From Octopus sinensis (Eukaryota): a stretch of DNA of 64,000 nt. Shown piece by piece: positions 13,150 to 27,757 of the stretch (its first letter is position 1; each line of letters starts with the position of its first letter). Under the pieces are notes generated by a model. That model saw only the letters and a program-made list of their open reading frames with translations. It was not told the DNA's origin and ran no database searches. A program made the position numbers and the translations under genes. The DNA is taken from assembly GCF_006345805.1 (NCBI RefSeq), contig NC_043022.1, forward strand, positions 15,190,001 through 15,254,000, given 5' to 3'.

Positions 13150-13783
13150 CCAATTAAAACAGTATCTGGCAAACCTCTTGCAGCTTTGTAGAAGAATTTG
13201 CTTCTCTTGGCAGTAAAATCTCTGGCTGCAAAAATGATGTAAATACAGACACTCTTTCTCTTGTCCACCTTTGTATCGTCTATCTGTCCAAACGTTTTAA
13301 TGCCCCCTATTGCGTTTCTGTTCCATATATATAGGTATATCACTGTGACCGACCAGGCTATCAGATGTTGCTACACATCGCTGGTCACAATGTGCTTCGC
13401 ATTGTTTTAGCCTTCAAATGACGCCACCCCGCTGGCTAAGTGAGCAGGCCAATAGAAGAAAGAGTGAGAGAGAAAGTTGGGGCAAAAGAGTACAGCAGGG
13501 ATCGCCACCACCTCCTGCTGGAGCTTCGTGGAGCTTTAGGTGTTTTCGCTCAATAAACACTCACAACGCCCGATCTGGGAATCGAAACCGCGATCCTACG
13601 GCCGTGAGTCCGCTGCCCTAACCACTGGACCATTGCGCCTCCACATATAGGTATATGCCAACATTAAACTAACAAAATAAAGTGATTAACTTAAATGAAC
13701 TGAAAACAAAAACAATTTCAAAACAGATTTCCCAAAAACTATAAAACTGTTAAAGGAGTAAAAAAAAAATTCAAGGGACTTAC

Positions 13784-13863
13784 TTTGTTTAGGAATCCCT
13801 TCAAAACTGATGCAGCTTTGACAGACACGGAGCGAGGAATTCTAATTGGTTTCTCCAAGATCA
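13784..13863 (-). CDS. PRKCI: aPKC exon: (L)[26 protein letters not shown]
   Basis: Acceptor tttgtag|TGATC and donor AAA|gtaagt; 80 nt, phase 1 to 0. Confidence 0.96.
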
Positions 13864-14246
13864 CTACAAAAAGAGAAGAGAGTGGAATCGGTTTACAAGT
13901 CGTCTTGGTTAGATTCTGCCCTGTTCCTTTGGCCACGTTTACAGACTTTACAGTAGAACTCTGGTGGTGAAGTTATTATTAGTATTAACTGAATTTCGTG
14001 TGAGAGAGAGAAAGAGTGTGTGTGTTTGTGACTGAATGTGCATGTGTGTGAGTGAATGGGTTTGGGTGTGTGTTAGAAATAGAGAAACCTGCAATACCAA
14101 AAGAATTAGTATAAAATTGAATTAGTTGTTGATTGACAAATAATAATAAGCAGAGCACAATGTCCACCAGTTGAAGCACATCGAAAATTTAATAAACTTT
14201 CATTCACATTTGGGGAACAATTTCTTAATTATACAATGGAGTGTTA

Positions 14247-14285
<39 letters not shown>

Positions 14286-14298
14286 CATATATACATAT

Positions 14299-14335
<37 letters not shown>

Positions 14336-14417
14336 CATATATACATATATATATATTATATATATATATATATATATAATATATATATATATATACACAT
14401 ATATATATATACATATA

Positions 14418-14462
<45 letters not shown>

Positions 14463-15101
14463 CATATATACATATACACACATATACATATATATATATA
14501 TACACATATATATAGAGAGGGAGAGAGCAAGGAAAAAGATGGAGAGAGCAGAGAAGAAAGAGGGCACAGATGGAGATAGAGACAGCAAAGAGAGAAAGAC
14601 TGACAGACAGACAGACACAGAGAGAGAGTAAGAGATGGTAGGAAAAAGTGAGAAAAAGGAAAATGAAAATAGAAAGGCATGCAAGAGAGAATGAAAGAAG
14701 AAGCGAGAAAGTAAGAACGAATGAAAAATAACACGAAGAAAAGAGAATGAGAGAAAGTGAAAGAAAATCGAATCCCACCCACCCTTTTTTTTTTTTTTTG
14801 AGGCTACTAATTGAAATATCTAACATTGTTTTTATGTCTGCAGTTATTGTGTAAATCTGTCCTTCAAACATTTAGGATTTGCACAGGCAAACAGTAAATT
14901 TGATTTAGAATGACAGAAATCCTGGCTGGCTGTGCATCTCCGGTAACAGCAGTCAATTCTATTATGCTAGGCTGATCACTTGTATTTCATATTTTTATAT
15001 TGATCATCTTTATTAGGTTTCAAATCTGACGTAAGATACTTTGGATTCTGAAAAATTTCCAGATGTTATACCATAACACTTGCACACATGCATACATATA
15101 T

Positions 15102-15506
15102 AGGCGCAGGAGTGGCTGTGTGGTAAGTAGCTTGCTAACCAACCACATGGTTCTGGGTTCAATCCCACTGCGTGGTATCTTGGGCAAGTGTCTTCTGCTA
15201 TAGCCTCGGGCTGACCAAAGCCTTGTGAGTGGATTTGGTAGACAGAAACTGAAAGAAGCCCGTCGTATATATGTATATATATATGCGTGTGTGTGTTTGT
15301 GTGTCTGTGTTTGTCCCCCTAGCATTGCTTGACAACCGATGCTGGTGTGTTTACGTCCCCGTCACTTAGCGGTTCGGCAAAAGAGACCGATAGAGTAAGT
15401 ACTGGGCTTACAAAAGAATAAGTCCCGGGGTCGAGTTGCTCGACTAAAGGCGGTGCTCCAGCATGGCCGCAGTCAACTGACTGAAACAAGTAAAAGAGTA
15501 AAGAGT
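15102..15506 (+). mobile_element. tRNA-headed SINE, family A (full length)
   Basis: Head ggcgcaggagtggctgtgtggtaag...ggttcaatccc, central ttgggcaagtgtcttc, internal (TA/TG)n, tail gaaacaagtaaaagag. Other copies near 8845-9176(+), 18045-18390(+), 18546-18790(-), 19250-19865(-), 36713-37290(+), 40856-41000(-), 45040-45185(-), 46065-46456(-), 52738-53190(-). Confidence 0.85.
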
Positions 15507-16990
15507 ATATACATGTGTGTGTGTGTGTGTGTGTATATAAACACATACTTGCACACATGCATACAAATATACACCTAGATACACACACATACACACGCCT
15601 TCAAATGACCAATATTGTGTTGACAACAAACAAATTTTATGTAATTTATCTGAATATATTAAGTATTTACATCACTGGCTCTAAATCCTTTTGACTTCCT
15701 GACACACTGGAGATGAATTAAATATATATCACTGATACACTTTAGACTGAAAACCCCCATAATATTACTGGTATACTTTGCATGGAATTTAAGTTAAGCA
15801 ATAGAAAACTATGCTTTAAAGTTTAAAATTTAGCAAAATATTTAGAAAACAATTCATGGCCAGTTTCTGTTCAACAATATTTCTTTGTTTTCCTCTGAAG
15901 ATGAGTGAGTCACCCGAAATATAAAGGATTAATTAATTCTTTCTTTTTGACTGAAAAAAGCTCTCCACCTTCATTTTCATTTTGCTTACCTTGTTTTAAT
16001 TACCATTCTTGAAATTCACTTTTTCAAGAAACAGAATGCATTTTCTGAAACCTTGAATTATATTTTTAAAACTTTGAAGTGCAGCAAGGTACCAAAGTGC
16101 ACCTAAGTGTACACCTACAAATATCCAGGTACCACACTAACATACACACAGAGTCTGAAAGGTGTTATTTACATACAAATTCTTGTATTTTCAGAGATGA
16201 AGGTGAAAAGAAGTTACAGCAACCATACCCCACCTTCTCTCTCTCTCTCAAGAATGGTTACTAAGGAAACAGGGGAAAGCAGTTTAACCCTTTTGTTATA
16301 TTTTTGTTGAATTACATTGTCTTTGTTTCAATTAATTTTGAAATTAATGAAGAATTTAGTAAAATAACTCATTATTAAGATGGTGTTTTGAAACATAAAC
16401 ATGAAATTTTGATGGAAGGTTTTAATTTACATCATTTTAACCCTTTTGTTACCATATTTCTGTAGAATTACACTCTCGTTGTTTCAATTACGTTTTGAAA
16501 AAAAATAAAGAATTTGATAATAAAATAATTTTTCCATTATTAAAGTGAGTGTTTGAAAAAAATTAAAACAAAATTTCAATGATACTTTTTGGATCATTTT
16601 CACTCTTTTGTTAGAATATTCCTTTTGAAATATGCCTCCTCGGTTTCAATTAATTGCGAAAATAATAAAGAATTTTGTAAAATAACTCGTTATTGAAGAG
16701 ACATTGATATTAAATTTTAGAGGAAACTTTAATTTAGGTCACTTTAAAACAGGAAGGTTTGCATCATAGAACCCGTGGAAATGGTCTCAAGTGGGTTGGC
16801 ATCAAAATGGCTAAGCAAGGTTTTGGACAGCCGAATGCTTACCATGGTACCCTCACACTACGGACCTAAGCAACAGTAATTACTGCAAGCTAATGAGAGA
16901 AGCTGACTTTGGCTAAACAAGTCACATGAAACAAAGAATGGCATGGCTTTGATCAAAATCTATCGTTGTACCATTTTATTATTTAATATA

Positions 16991-17502
16991 CCGTAAATCT
17001 TCGAGTATATTCCGCCCTTGAGTATAATACGCAGGGGATTTTTAGGGGCTGTACATCTGAAAAACTTAAACCTTGTGTATAATACACACCCCTTCTCTAA
17101 CTTGAGTCAAGGAGGTCTATATAAAACGTCTTGGTTTGTAAAAATGTATACGGTGACGTCCTTTATTATTATTGTATATATAACATAATGCAAACATGTA
17201 ACATTTTTGTGCATTTTGTTTGCAGAAAATAAAGAAATAACAGTAATAACGTTTAATAAATGTTGTTTCCTGCAAGTTATTGATGATTCTTTTATGACTT
17301 CATTGCTTTCTGGCTTAGCTTAAGGTAGTTTCGTGCCCGACATCACAAAATGCATCTGAACAAACATTGCTGGACAGCAAATAGAGACTCAGACATTGCT
17401 TAGAAAATAATTTTCATTTTTAACCTCGTGTATAATATGCACTAGGGATTTTGACCTTTAAATTTTGGGGGGAAAATGCGGGTTCTACTCGAGGATTTAC
17501 AG
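16991..17502. mobile_element. Non-autonomous Tc1/pogo-type element (MITE)
   Basis: TA|CCGTAAATCTTCGAGTATA ... tactcgaggatttacag|TA imperfect TIRs with TA flanks. Confidence 0.7.
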
Positions 17503-19356
17503 TACTTTAGAAAATAAAAATTTATTACACAACAGCGACATCAGATCAACAGAAAGCAACAAATAATATCTGAAAAGGGTTATCGGTTTGTCTCATGGTT
17601 CCAGCGGACAAAATGGAAAAGGTGTTGCCATGGAGAATGGCGAAGATGGTGCACTGGAACAGTGACTAACTTGCAGGGCTTCCCATTGTGGATAGCCATC
17701 TCCACCCCAATAGTAGCGAGCAGGGGTGCAGTCAAAGGGCCGATGATGCTGGGGGTTTCTACTGCCACAGGCTTGACAACAAACCTGTCTCAGAACAACC
17801 AGTACCTGAAGAATTTGCCCTTCTCAGCCTGACAAGCAGCAGAACCTGAGCTGGCAGCTAAACTCACCAAGATGCCACTTGAGAAAGTGAGATCCCAGAT
17901 GAGAGGCCTACCATCGCAGAACAGGAATATTGTCATACCATCAGGCCTTTTCCCGTCCTCTTAGTTGAAAGAGTTGCTAGCTTCATGTTGTCATGGCGAT
18001 ATAAAAAATAAAAAAAACTGAAAAAGCATCTGGATTAAAAAAAGTGCAGGTGTGGCTGTGTGGCAAGTAGTTTCCTTCTCAACCACATGGTCCTGGGTTC
18101 AGTTCCACTCCATGGCACCTTGGGCAAATGTCTTCTACTATAGCCTCAGGCCAACCAAAACTTTGTGAATGGATTCAGCAGATGGAAACTGAAAGAAGCC
18201 TGTCGTGTATGCATGCGCGTGTGTGTGTTTGTCCACCACCACTGCTTGACAACTGGTGTTGGTTTGTTTATATCTCTGTAACTTAGCAGTTTGGCAAAAG
18301 AATCTGATAAAATAATTATGACACTCTAAAGGAAAAAATAAGTCCTGGGGTCAATTCGTTTAACTAAAACCCTTTAAGGCCGTGCTCCAGTCTGAGCTGG
18401 GAAGGGAGACCTGTGGTGTCTTGGCCATGCTTTATGATCCCATTGCAAGAATCCTAAATCTAGGCTTAGCCATCCATCATAACATTATTTTGATTGACTG
18501 ATCAGGCTATGCTACTCCGACTGTCTAGAAAAGACTACACCTAGATTTGTTTACTGACATTTGACTGTGGCCATGCTGGAGCAACACCTTTAGTCAAAGA
18601 AATCATATATATATATATGCACACACACACGATATGGGCTTCTTTCAGTTTCTGTCTTCGAAATCCACTCACAAAGCTTTGGTAGGCCCAAGGCTATAGT
18701 AGAAGACACTTGCCCAAGGTGCCATGCAGTGGGACTGAACCCAGAACCATGTGGTCGGGAAATAAGCTTCTTACCACACAGTCACACCTGTGCCTACATA
18801 TATATATATATATGATGGGCTTCTTTCAGTTTCTGTCTACCAAATTCACTCACAAGGCTTTGGTTGATCCGAGGTTTACAGTAGAAGACGCTTTCCCAAG
18901 GTTCCACACAGTGGGACTGAACCCGGGTCCATGTGGTTGGGAAGCAAGTTTCTTACCACTCAGCCACGCCTCTGCCTGTTTGTTCCATATTTCTAACAAA
19001 ACTGTTTTTTTTTTCAATTCCATCCAAACTGTAGACAGAGCTTTGAACATTACAAACAAAAACTATTTTCCATTAATCTTTTGGGATTTTTTCTTCTTTT
19101 TTCTTCTGTCTAGCTTCAACAATGAAGAAGCCATGACGATATATATACGCTATCATCTGTTTCATCCAGAAATCAGCAGCAAGTGAGATAAAATCTTGAG
19201 AAAAGAAGATGATAGACAAAAACATAGAAACATCTTTATCTTGTCTTCTATCTTTTACTTGCTTCAGTCACTGGACAGTGGCCATGCTGGAGCACAGCCT
19301 TGAAGGGTTTTAGTTGAACAAATTGAACCCAGGACTTCTTTTTAATAACTCTTTAA

Positions 19357-19578
19357 CCCTTTAGTGTTCGTATTATTCTGCCAAAATTAATCCTTTTTAA
19401 TCCACATTGCCTTGAACTAATCAGGCATTAATCTTGGAGCTATGAAATTTTGATGAGGTAGCTGTTAATTTTTAAAACGATATTGTAGGGTTGGTGTGAG
19501 AGACCAGATATGGCCAGTTTAAACATAAAACAGGCAGAATACTTTTGGCCGGATATGGCCAGTTTAAATACTAAAGGG
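19357..19578. mobile_element. TTAA-specific (piggyBac-like) MITE inserted into a SINE
   Basis: TTAA|CCCTTTAGT ... ACTAAAGGG|TTAA; related, more decayed copies near 4490-4630, 28650-28825, 32185-32370 and 37715-38078. Confidence 0.75.
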
Positions 19579-20875
19579 TTAAAGTCTCATACTTATTCTA
19601 TCAGTTTCTTTTGCCAAACTGCTAAGTTACAGAGATGTAAACCTACACCATTTGTCAAGCAGTGGTAAGGAATAAACACACACACACACACACACACAGA
19701 CATACACGACAGGCTTCTTTCAGTTTCCATCTACCAAATCCACTCACAAAGCTTTGGTTGGCCTGAGGCTATAGTAGAAGACATTTGCCCAAGATGCCAT
19801 GGAGTGGAACTGAACCCAGTACCATGTGGTTGAGAAGGAAACTACTTGCCACACAGCCATACCTGCTCTTACACAGACTTCTGTTTTTAATACGGATGCT
19901 TTTTAGGTTTTCTGGGCTTTTTTTTCTTCTAGCCATGGCAACATGAAGAAGCCATGGCGATAAACTAGCAACTCTTTTAACCAAACAGAAAGTGAGATTT
20001 TAGAAAAATAAATATATATATAAACAATCAATAATAACAAAGGGTAAAATTAATTAATTAAGAAGTAATCAATAAATTTCACCAAGTAGAATTCGGTATG
20101 AAAACAGGACTGTTACATGGTAAATTTTAGTAATACTAATAAAAAGGGTTCAGCAAAGAATTGCCTCACCACACACTGAAGTTCAGAAATAGCAGCCAAA
20201 AATCTTAGGCATTTCTTCTACTTTAAAAAGTATATATATAAAAGTATATATATAAATATATATACACAAACCTACAAACATTTATTTATTTAAACATAGG
20301 GCTTTCACACCCACCACCACCACAACAACAAAGAACTGTTTATTACACATGAATACAATATCTGTAACAACTTAGCAATAACTTTGAAGACACACCAACC
20401 ATGACTATCACCACTTCACACCAACCATGACTATCACCACTACCACCACCACCTCCACCACACTGCACTTAACCACACAAGTGACATGACGTGTGCTTCT
20501 GTTTCCACTGAAATCAAGATGGTGTTTTTCGCTGTCCCCTGCGTATATTGCAACAGCTAAAAATATTCTTCAATAGCATGCAAGACAGTAGACCTGTGGC
20601 CTTTGCAGACGACAGCATCGGATGGAATTACTTCTGGCCTGTAGCCTATTTGTCTACAATTTCTAAATCAGGATTTTAATTAATTATTCTAACAAAATGA
20701 TAATAATAATATAAGCACGAGGCCTGAAATTTTGGGGAGAGGTGATTAAGTGATTACATCAACCCCAGTGCATAACTGGTACTTATTTTATTGACCCTGA
20801 TATGATGAAAGGCAAAGTCAACCTCAGCAGATTTTTAACTCAGAATGTAGCGGCACATGAAATACCGCTAAGCAT

Positions 20876-21041
20876 AGGCGCAGGAGTGGCTGTGTGGTAG
20901 GTAGCTTGCTTACCAACCACATGGTTCCGGGTTCAGTCCCACTGCGTGGCACCTTGGGCAAGTGTCTTCTACTATAGCCTCAGGCCGACCAAAGCCTTGT
21001 GAGTGGATTTGGTAGACGGAAACTGAAAGAAGCCTGTTGTA

Positions 21042-21092
<51 letters not shown>

Positions 21093-21301
21093 CTGTGTTT
21101 GTCCCCCTAGCATTGCTTGACAACCGATGCTGGTGTGTTTACGTCCCTGTTACTTAGCGGTTTGGCAAAAGAGACCGATAGAATAAGTACTGGGCTTACA
21201 AAAGAATAAGTCCCGGGATCGATTTGCTTGACTAAAGGCGGTGCTCCAGCATGGCCGCAGTCAAATGACTTGAAACAAGTAAAAAAGAGAAAAAAAAAGA
21301 G
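20876..21301 (+). mobile_element. Family A SINE with 7-bp target-site duplication, nested in a family C SINE
   Basis: TAAGCAT at 20869-20875 and 21302-21308; the host SINE resumes after the second copy. Confidence 0.85.
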
Positions 21302-22145
21302 TAAGCATTTTCGCCCAGCGTGCCAACGATTCTGCCAGCTCTCCGCCTTAGTAATAATAATAATAATAATAAAAGTATGGCAATTAATTAATTAAAGAAA
21401 ATAATGATTGATTAGAAATGAATGGCTATGAATTATACGAGTTTTTATTCATTTTATTCAGCATCATTAAAAACCTCTGAATGAGTAGAAATACAATTGT
21501 GGTCATCTTTATATGTTTATGCAAAACCTTTTGTTAGTCGCACATGGCCGAAGGTGTCACTGATGTGAAATATCATCAGAGCAGCCTTACAGTAGAAAAA
21601 TTTAGACACAAACACATACATGCAGGCATGCACACACACACACACACACACACAACCTGTTGTACGCTTGTCGACATTGTACTTTTTTTTTTTTTTTTGT
21701 AAACACAGAGAAAAATAACACCACTGCCACCACCACCACCACTAATACTACTATTATCAATACCACAACACTACCATTACCATCACCCCCGCCCACACTA
21801 TCACCACCACAACTACCACCATCAGCATCATCAGACGTCGCCTCCCCACCCCCACAGCTTGTCTTACACGTATCTGACAGTGACATCTGTTCGCTCTCTT
21901 CAAGGCCTTCCTTTCATTATCCCGTTATACAGAAACGATGGTTTTTACAAATGTTTAGAAATTGTTTTTAGAAATGTTTTCTATTTCTTCTTTCGTTTTG
22001 TTTAAAAGGAAAACCTTATAATTTAAGACCTTACCAGCAAAAAAAAAAAACCTAGGTTTTTTTTTTGTTTTTAGTTTATTGTTAGATCAGTTTTTCTTTT
22101 ACATGTGTTAGACAAATATGTCATAGAAGCATTGTTTTATAAACC

Positions 22146-22501
22146 AACTAGCAGCATAGCCCGGCATTGCCCAGGTATGTAAGAGCCCCTAGTAGGCAAC
22201 GACTAATCCCAATCTAGTCCTTTCCCTCTAGGGAACGAAGGCGCATGTGTAGGTTGCAATGTCTTCTCTTCACTCCCAAATAACTATCAAAAGAGCTATC
22301 GATTCTCGACCCCATGTCGAATTTATCAATTTTTTCAAAACTGGGGGAAACTTTTCAAAATTTTCACTGCATTAGTTTTGAATTATGACATTGGGCTGTG
22401 TGTGTCAAGTTTCATCAGAATCGGTTGAAAGCCGTGGTCAGGGTGAGGGTACAACCTGACAGACACACAGACATACAAACTGCCGTTTATATATAGAGAG
22501 A
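22146..22501 (+). mobile_element. Helentron/DINE-like non-autonomous element
   Basis: Starts ACTAGCAGCATAGCCCGGCATTGCCCAGG and ends gacagacacacagac...tttatatatagagagat, the layout typical of HINE/DINE elements. Confidence 0.5.
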
Positions 22502-24736
22502 TGCTTTTCCTGTCACTCACCCTCACCCGTTTTGCAAGTAATGGATCTCCTTTATTTTGATAGAATTTTTTTTATTCTATAACACACAAGTTGATGCACA
22601 AAGCGGTAACAAAAAATACACAAACTTAGGACCACTTTAAAAATGTTAGAGAAGAGAGATTTGAACCAGTAAAAGCTTTTCACTGCAGAGTATCACGGAG
22701 AAAAATATTCTCACTTAAAACGGTATCATAACACCATGGCCAGCTCAGAGTGCCCCCTCTTGGACTGATGGATGCATTTCAAACTCATTACTTCTCTTCA
22801 GCTCCAGATACCAAAGGAGACAACTTGGCTTGGCTTCCTTTGTCGTAAATCAATAAGTACTATCTGCTGGTAGTGCAGATTGGCTGCTGGGTCAGAATTT
22901 ATGTGTGCAGAGATGTATGAAGGATTGCACAATCAGTGACATTTACTTTATTTATGATAAAAGAAGCAAAGCTTTCTAGTCAGCTCATAGTTGTCTGTCT
23001 TGGTGTCTGGTGCTGAAGAGAACTAATAAGTTCAAAATATATCCCTCAGTTTACTAGAAGGAGCTTTTAGCTGAGTATGGTGTTTTAACAACTTTTATCT
23101 GAGCACACTGAAGACAAATTATGTTGCCACACCACGAGTGTTCTCCCCTGTGGCTGCAGGCACATTGTGTTACATTGAGAGGGGAAAAAACTCATACAAT
23201 GACATAATTCACCTTCAGTGTGCTAAAGGTTAAGTAAAGACATTTTCTTCAATGATAAACTGCAGGGAAAAGCCTTTACATGTTCAAATATCTCTCAAAG
23301 TGGTCTTTAGTTTCTGCTCATTTCTAAAGACAACTAAACTAAGTTTTAACAATAAATACAGTTATATATTATGTAAATATGGTGTTTCTATGCAGACAGA
23401 TATACAAAATCGATATGAAAGTGAACAACAAAATGTAAGAAACAAGTGGAAGTTTAGCCATCATCGATGCCTTTGTGAATTTACCGTTAAACCACAAATC
23501 CAAAAGTTAACACTTTTATGCATCTACACAAAAAGTCTGTGATTGTTTTGTGCCTTGGGAATCGGTACAAGTGTTGTACCGAGTGAATATAAACACACAT
23601 TTGAAGAATACACAAGAAATAAGACAAATGGATACCTTTGTAGTGTTTAAAGCTGCAATAGCACCAATCATAGCATGGATAATTGCAATAGAGACAGGAA
23701 GACGGTAATTCTAGCAAATAGAGACGGAGAGAAAAATGTTGAGCTCGGCGCCTGGAATTCGGTGAGTTAGGTTAAGCATTTTAAGAATGTGCAGTTGCAT
23801 TATTTTGGTGCACAGCAAAGGAACAGAGTTAAGATAAAGAAAAATGAAAGACAAAAGCATGGGAGGAGGAGGAAGATTTTGAAGTGAAATTAGGTAAAGT
23901 AAAACTTCCTTGTATCTTGGGAGGGTCAATACACCACTAATACTAAATACATGCACTGGTTCTATTTCACTTCTTATTTTACTAACAACTGAATAGAGGG
24001 AAAGACCCACATCAGTCACAAATGACCATGGGATTGCAGCTAGAAAGTTCTCTGAGGCGCAAGTCTGGGCAAAGTTGTTTATGGAAGACCAGCAGTCACC
24101 TATGCATGCCAGCCTCCTTTCTTCACACCACTGGTGTTATCCAGCTTGGCACCAGTGACATCACAACTCATTTCTACGGCTGAGTGAACTGGAGCAACGT
24201 GAAATAAAGTATCTTGCTCAAGAACACAACACACGGCCCAGTCCAGGAACTGAACTCACTACCTCATGCTTGTGAGCCCGATGCTCTAACCACTGAGACA
24301 TGCATCTTCCACAACTGAAATAATTAGTTGGTAACAATAAAGAAGTGGTAGTGAACCAGTGTGTGTGTTAATTTTTATAGACATAATGACCCTCCCTAGA
24401 CACAAGGTAAAGTAAAACTTTTCTGGTTTCACTTGAATCAGGAATATTGAATGGGATCGAGTTTGATGTTGAGTTTAGAGTAGAACTTGGGGCAAATTTT
24501 TTGTGTTGTGTGGTATGTGATATGATGTGAGGTGCAGTGCGGTGAAGCATGGTCTGATCTGCTATCAAATGGAGTGGAGTATGGACTGTAATGTAATCTA
24601 GCGTATAACATTGTATGGGATTAGCAAAGTCTGGTCCGTTGTGATAGAGCGGAATATGTGTGGTAGTCAACAGCAGGGGTCCCAACCCTTTTATTTAAAT
24701 GAGTTTTTCCAGACCTTTTTAATATGCTTATCCTTA

Positions 24737-24781
<45 letters not shown>

Positions 24782-27462
24782 GTATATGTAGTGGAAATAT
24801 ATAGTCAGTACCAGGTGTTAATGTGGTTGCTTGTGTATTATTACAGGAGTTCATAAAGAGATGAAGAATAAATTCAAGACATATATATTTACTACATAAA
24901 AATATATTTTATTTACTGGTCGATGATGATATATAGAATTAATATGTAGAATCTAGATGAATGAAGTAATCTATGCAAGAAAGTTCAGAGATAGGAAACG
25001 TAGAAATAGCAGCTAAGTGGTGGCTTTCAGTCATGTGGCGTAAAGAAATAGATGGACATAGCAATGACATGAATGGCTCTAAGTCTAATTGACTAAGAAG
25101 CAAAGAGCTGGGTTAGCAAGCTGTTTTTGTTAATGGAACACTAGACATTCTAGAAACTTCCAAGGGAAACACTAAGCTTCTTGAATAATTAAGAATCACA
25201 TCTTATGACACGGATGCTCAGAGAAACTTAGTAAAGGGAGGTTACTCTATAATCTTTCTTGCAAGGGAGATCATTCAACTATCTAGCTACTGCTACATAT
25301 ATATATATATATATGAATTTTTGAATTTAGTCCACAGACCCCAGATTGGGAACCACTGGTCTACAGCAATAGTTCTTAACCGTTTTTTACCTATGGACAC
25401 CTGTGATTCCTAAACTACTCTACTGGACCATCACACCCTTTCAATGTTTTTAAAAATGCTATTATATCAATGTTATTAAATATTATTAAGAATTGTATAA
25501 AAAAAAATTTTACTATTTTGTCTACTGTGCGAGTAAAACCAATTTATTACAGAGAAAGTTTAATACTTTTATAATTAAGAATTTGGACAACAGCACAGAT
25601 GCAGCACGGAATTTTGTCGGTCTCAAAGCAACAAAAATATTTTGGCAAATTAAATTTAAATGTTGAAGTGAATCCAACAGTTTCTGTGTTTTGAAATGGC
25701 TTGTAAACACCTTCCACGCTGCTATTCTTTTTGTTTCAGCAGACAATCTCAGATCAGGTCACTTGCTATGCAAGTACATCTCCGTAATTGAATAAAAAAG
25801 ATATTGATAGAATATTTGTGTCTCATAGAAGCACAACCAATTTATTGTGGACAAGCTTTAATAACAGAATCTTATATGGACCTGTAAGGTCCATATAAGA
25901 TCATGGGTCTATAGTATGGGTAGAGTGAAACGTGGTGTGGAGTGGGAATGTAGTGCAAAAAATATTGCAGTGTGCTAGAGTGGGGCTTGGTCTGCTGTGA
26001 TGTAATGAGGGAGTGTTGAGTGCAGTGTAGAGTGAGAGTGCACCTGGTGTGTAGCAGTGTATGGGGTACAGCAGAGTTTGGTTTGCTGTTGTTGCAGTAT
26101 AGGATGTAGTGTGGAGAGTAATCCTCTTTACTGCATGAAGTGAAGTGATACAGAGAGGTGCTGACACCCAGCGAATAGAAACAACGCCAAGTTATGAAGA
26201 GGGGTACAGTGTTTATGAAGAGTGACCCATGTGTTGGGGTACACAGCAGCTCTTATGATCAAATCAAACCCCTCCACCCCCAGTTTATTATTCATTTTGT
26301 TAACCCACAGAGAGCCAAGGTGGCTCTGGTATGATTTGAACTCAAAATGCGATGAAGTGTAACTAGGTAGTGATTCTCAACTCAGATCCAAAACCTGGAT
26401 TTTCTTCGGAGGTGGGCACCAAAAAATGTAAAATAAAAATCAAAGAAAGATTTATTACATTTAGAGAGGAACGACTGTTGGGTTGGGGTGAGGGCTGCTG
26501 GAAGGATGCTTGAGGGCCACATGTGACCCTGGGTGTCACAGTTGGGAACTGCTAAGCCAGAGACAAGGGCAGTTACTGTATCTTCATTGTTGTCACACTG
26601 ATGTTTTGAACAATGGTAAAAGTAATTTTCATATTTATCGATCGATCGACCAATAGATGGCTAGACTAGATAGTGTGCATCTATATGTGTTTAGGTATGC
26701 AAATATATTTGTGTGTGTGTATATATATATATACACACACACACGTGAGTTCATAGCTGTTTCCTGCACCAGTTTCACATAGAAGCCCCAGCCCATCCAA
26801 AGTGCCTTGGATCGCAGGACGGCCTGCTGTGCTTACCTTTGATCGTAGGGTGACCTACTGTGCTTGAGGAGACCTATTGAGTCAAGTTTATCAACATCAA
26901 AAAATCAAATGGAAATTGTAGTTGTGATACCTGTCCCGGTGGCATGTAAAAAGCACCTTCCGAACGTGGCCAATGCCAGCGCTGCCTTGACTGGCTTCCG
27001 TGCCGGTGGCAAGTAAAAAGCACCAACCGATCGTGGCCATTGCCAGCCTCCCCTGGCACGTAAAAAGCACCCACTACACTCATGGAGTGGTTGGCGTTAG
27101 GAAGGGCATCCAGCTGTAGAAACACTGCCAGATCAGACTAGAGCCTGGTGCAGCCTCCTGGCTTCCCAGACCCCGGTCGAACCGTCCAACCCATGCTAGC
27201 ATGGAAAACGGACGTTAAACGATGATGATATATGTATCTAAGTCAAAAAAACAAGGTCAGGAAGACACACAATGTGACAACACACCTTTGATGCAAGTCA
27301 GACGAAGTGCCACTCTAATGTCTAAAACCACAAACATTACGTAAATTTTCACTTTGAAATTTTGCATAAACTGGTGACTGATGTTGCAAGTAGAGTTGGT
27401 ACAGAAACAATTGTAACGAATCACTAAGGAGGTGTTAAAGAATTTTCTTGTCAGTATGTGTG

Positions 27463-27505
<43 letters not shown>

Positions 27506-27614
27506 CACACATATATATATACATATATATATATATATACACACACATATATATACACACACATATATATATATATATACACACACATACATATATATAC
27601 ACACATATATATAT

Positions 27615-27651
<37 letters not shown>

Positions 27652-27716
27652 CACACTATATATATATACACACACACATACATACATATATATACACACA
27701 TATATAATATATATAT

Positions 27717-27757
<41 letters not shown>

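Noticed and set aside
13560-13645. tRNA-like A and B boxes here and at the heads of SINE families A, C and D
   Set aside because: No full cloverleaf or terminator; these are SINE heads, not tRNA genes.
17580-17960. GC-richer segment with short ORFs
   Set aside because: Stops in all frames, no recognisable motif or splice pair; possibly old retroelement debris.
23010-23050. CTGAAGA-GAAC-TAATAA-GTTC-AAAA
   Set aside because: Lacks G12 and has no stem I; probably chance.
23737-23766. Plus-strand aaaATG TTG AGC TCG GCG CCT GGA ATT CG|gtgagt, resembling an antisense first exon
   Set aside because: I could not find a phase-2 downstream exon giving an open product; a single donor match is insufficient.
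24480-26200. Two GTGTA/GTGCA-rich tracts (24480-24700 and 25910-26170) giving His/Thr-rich minus-strand ORFs
   Set aside because: Degenerate pentanucleotide satellite, not coding.
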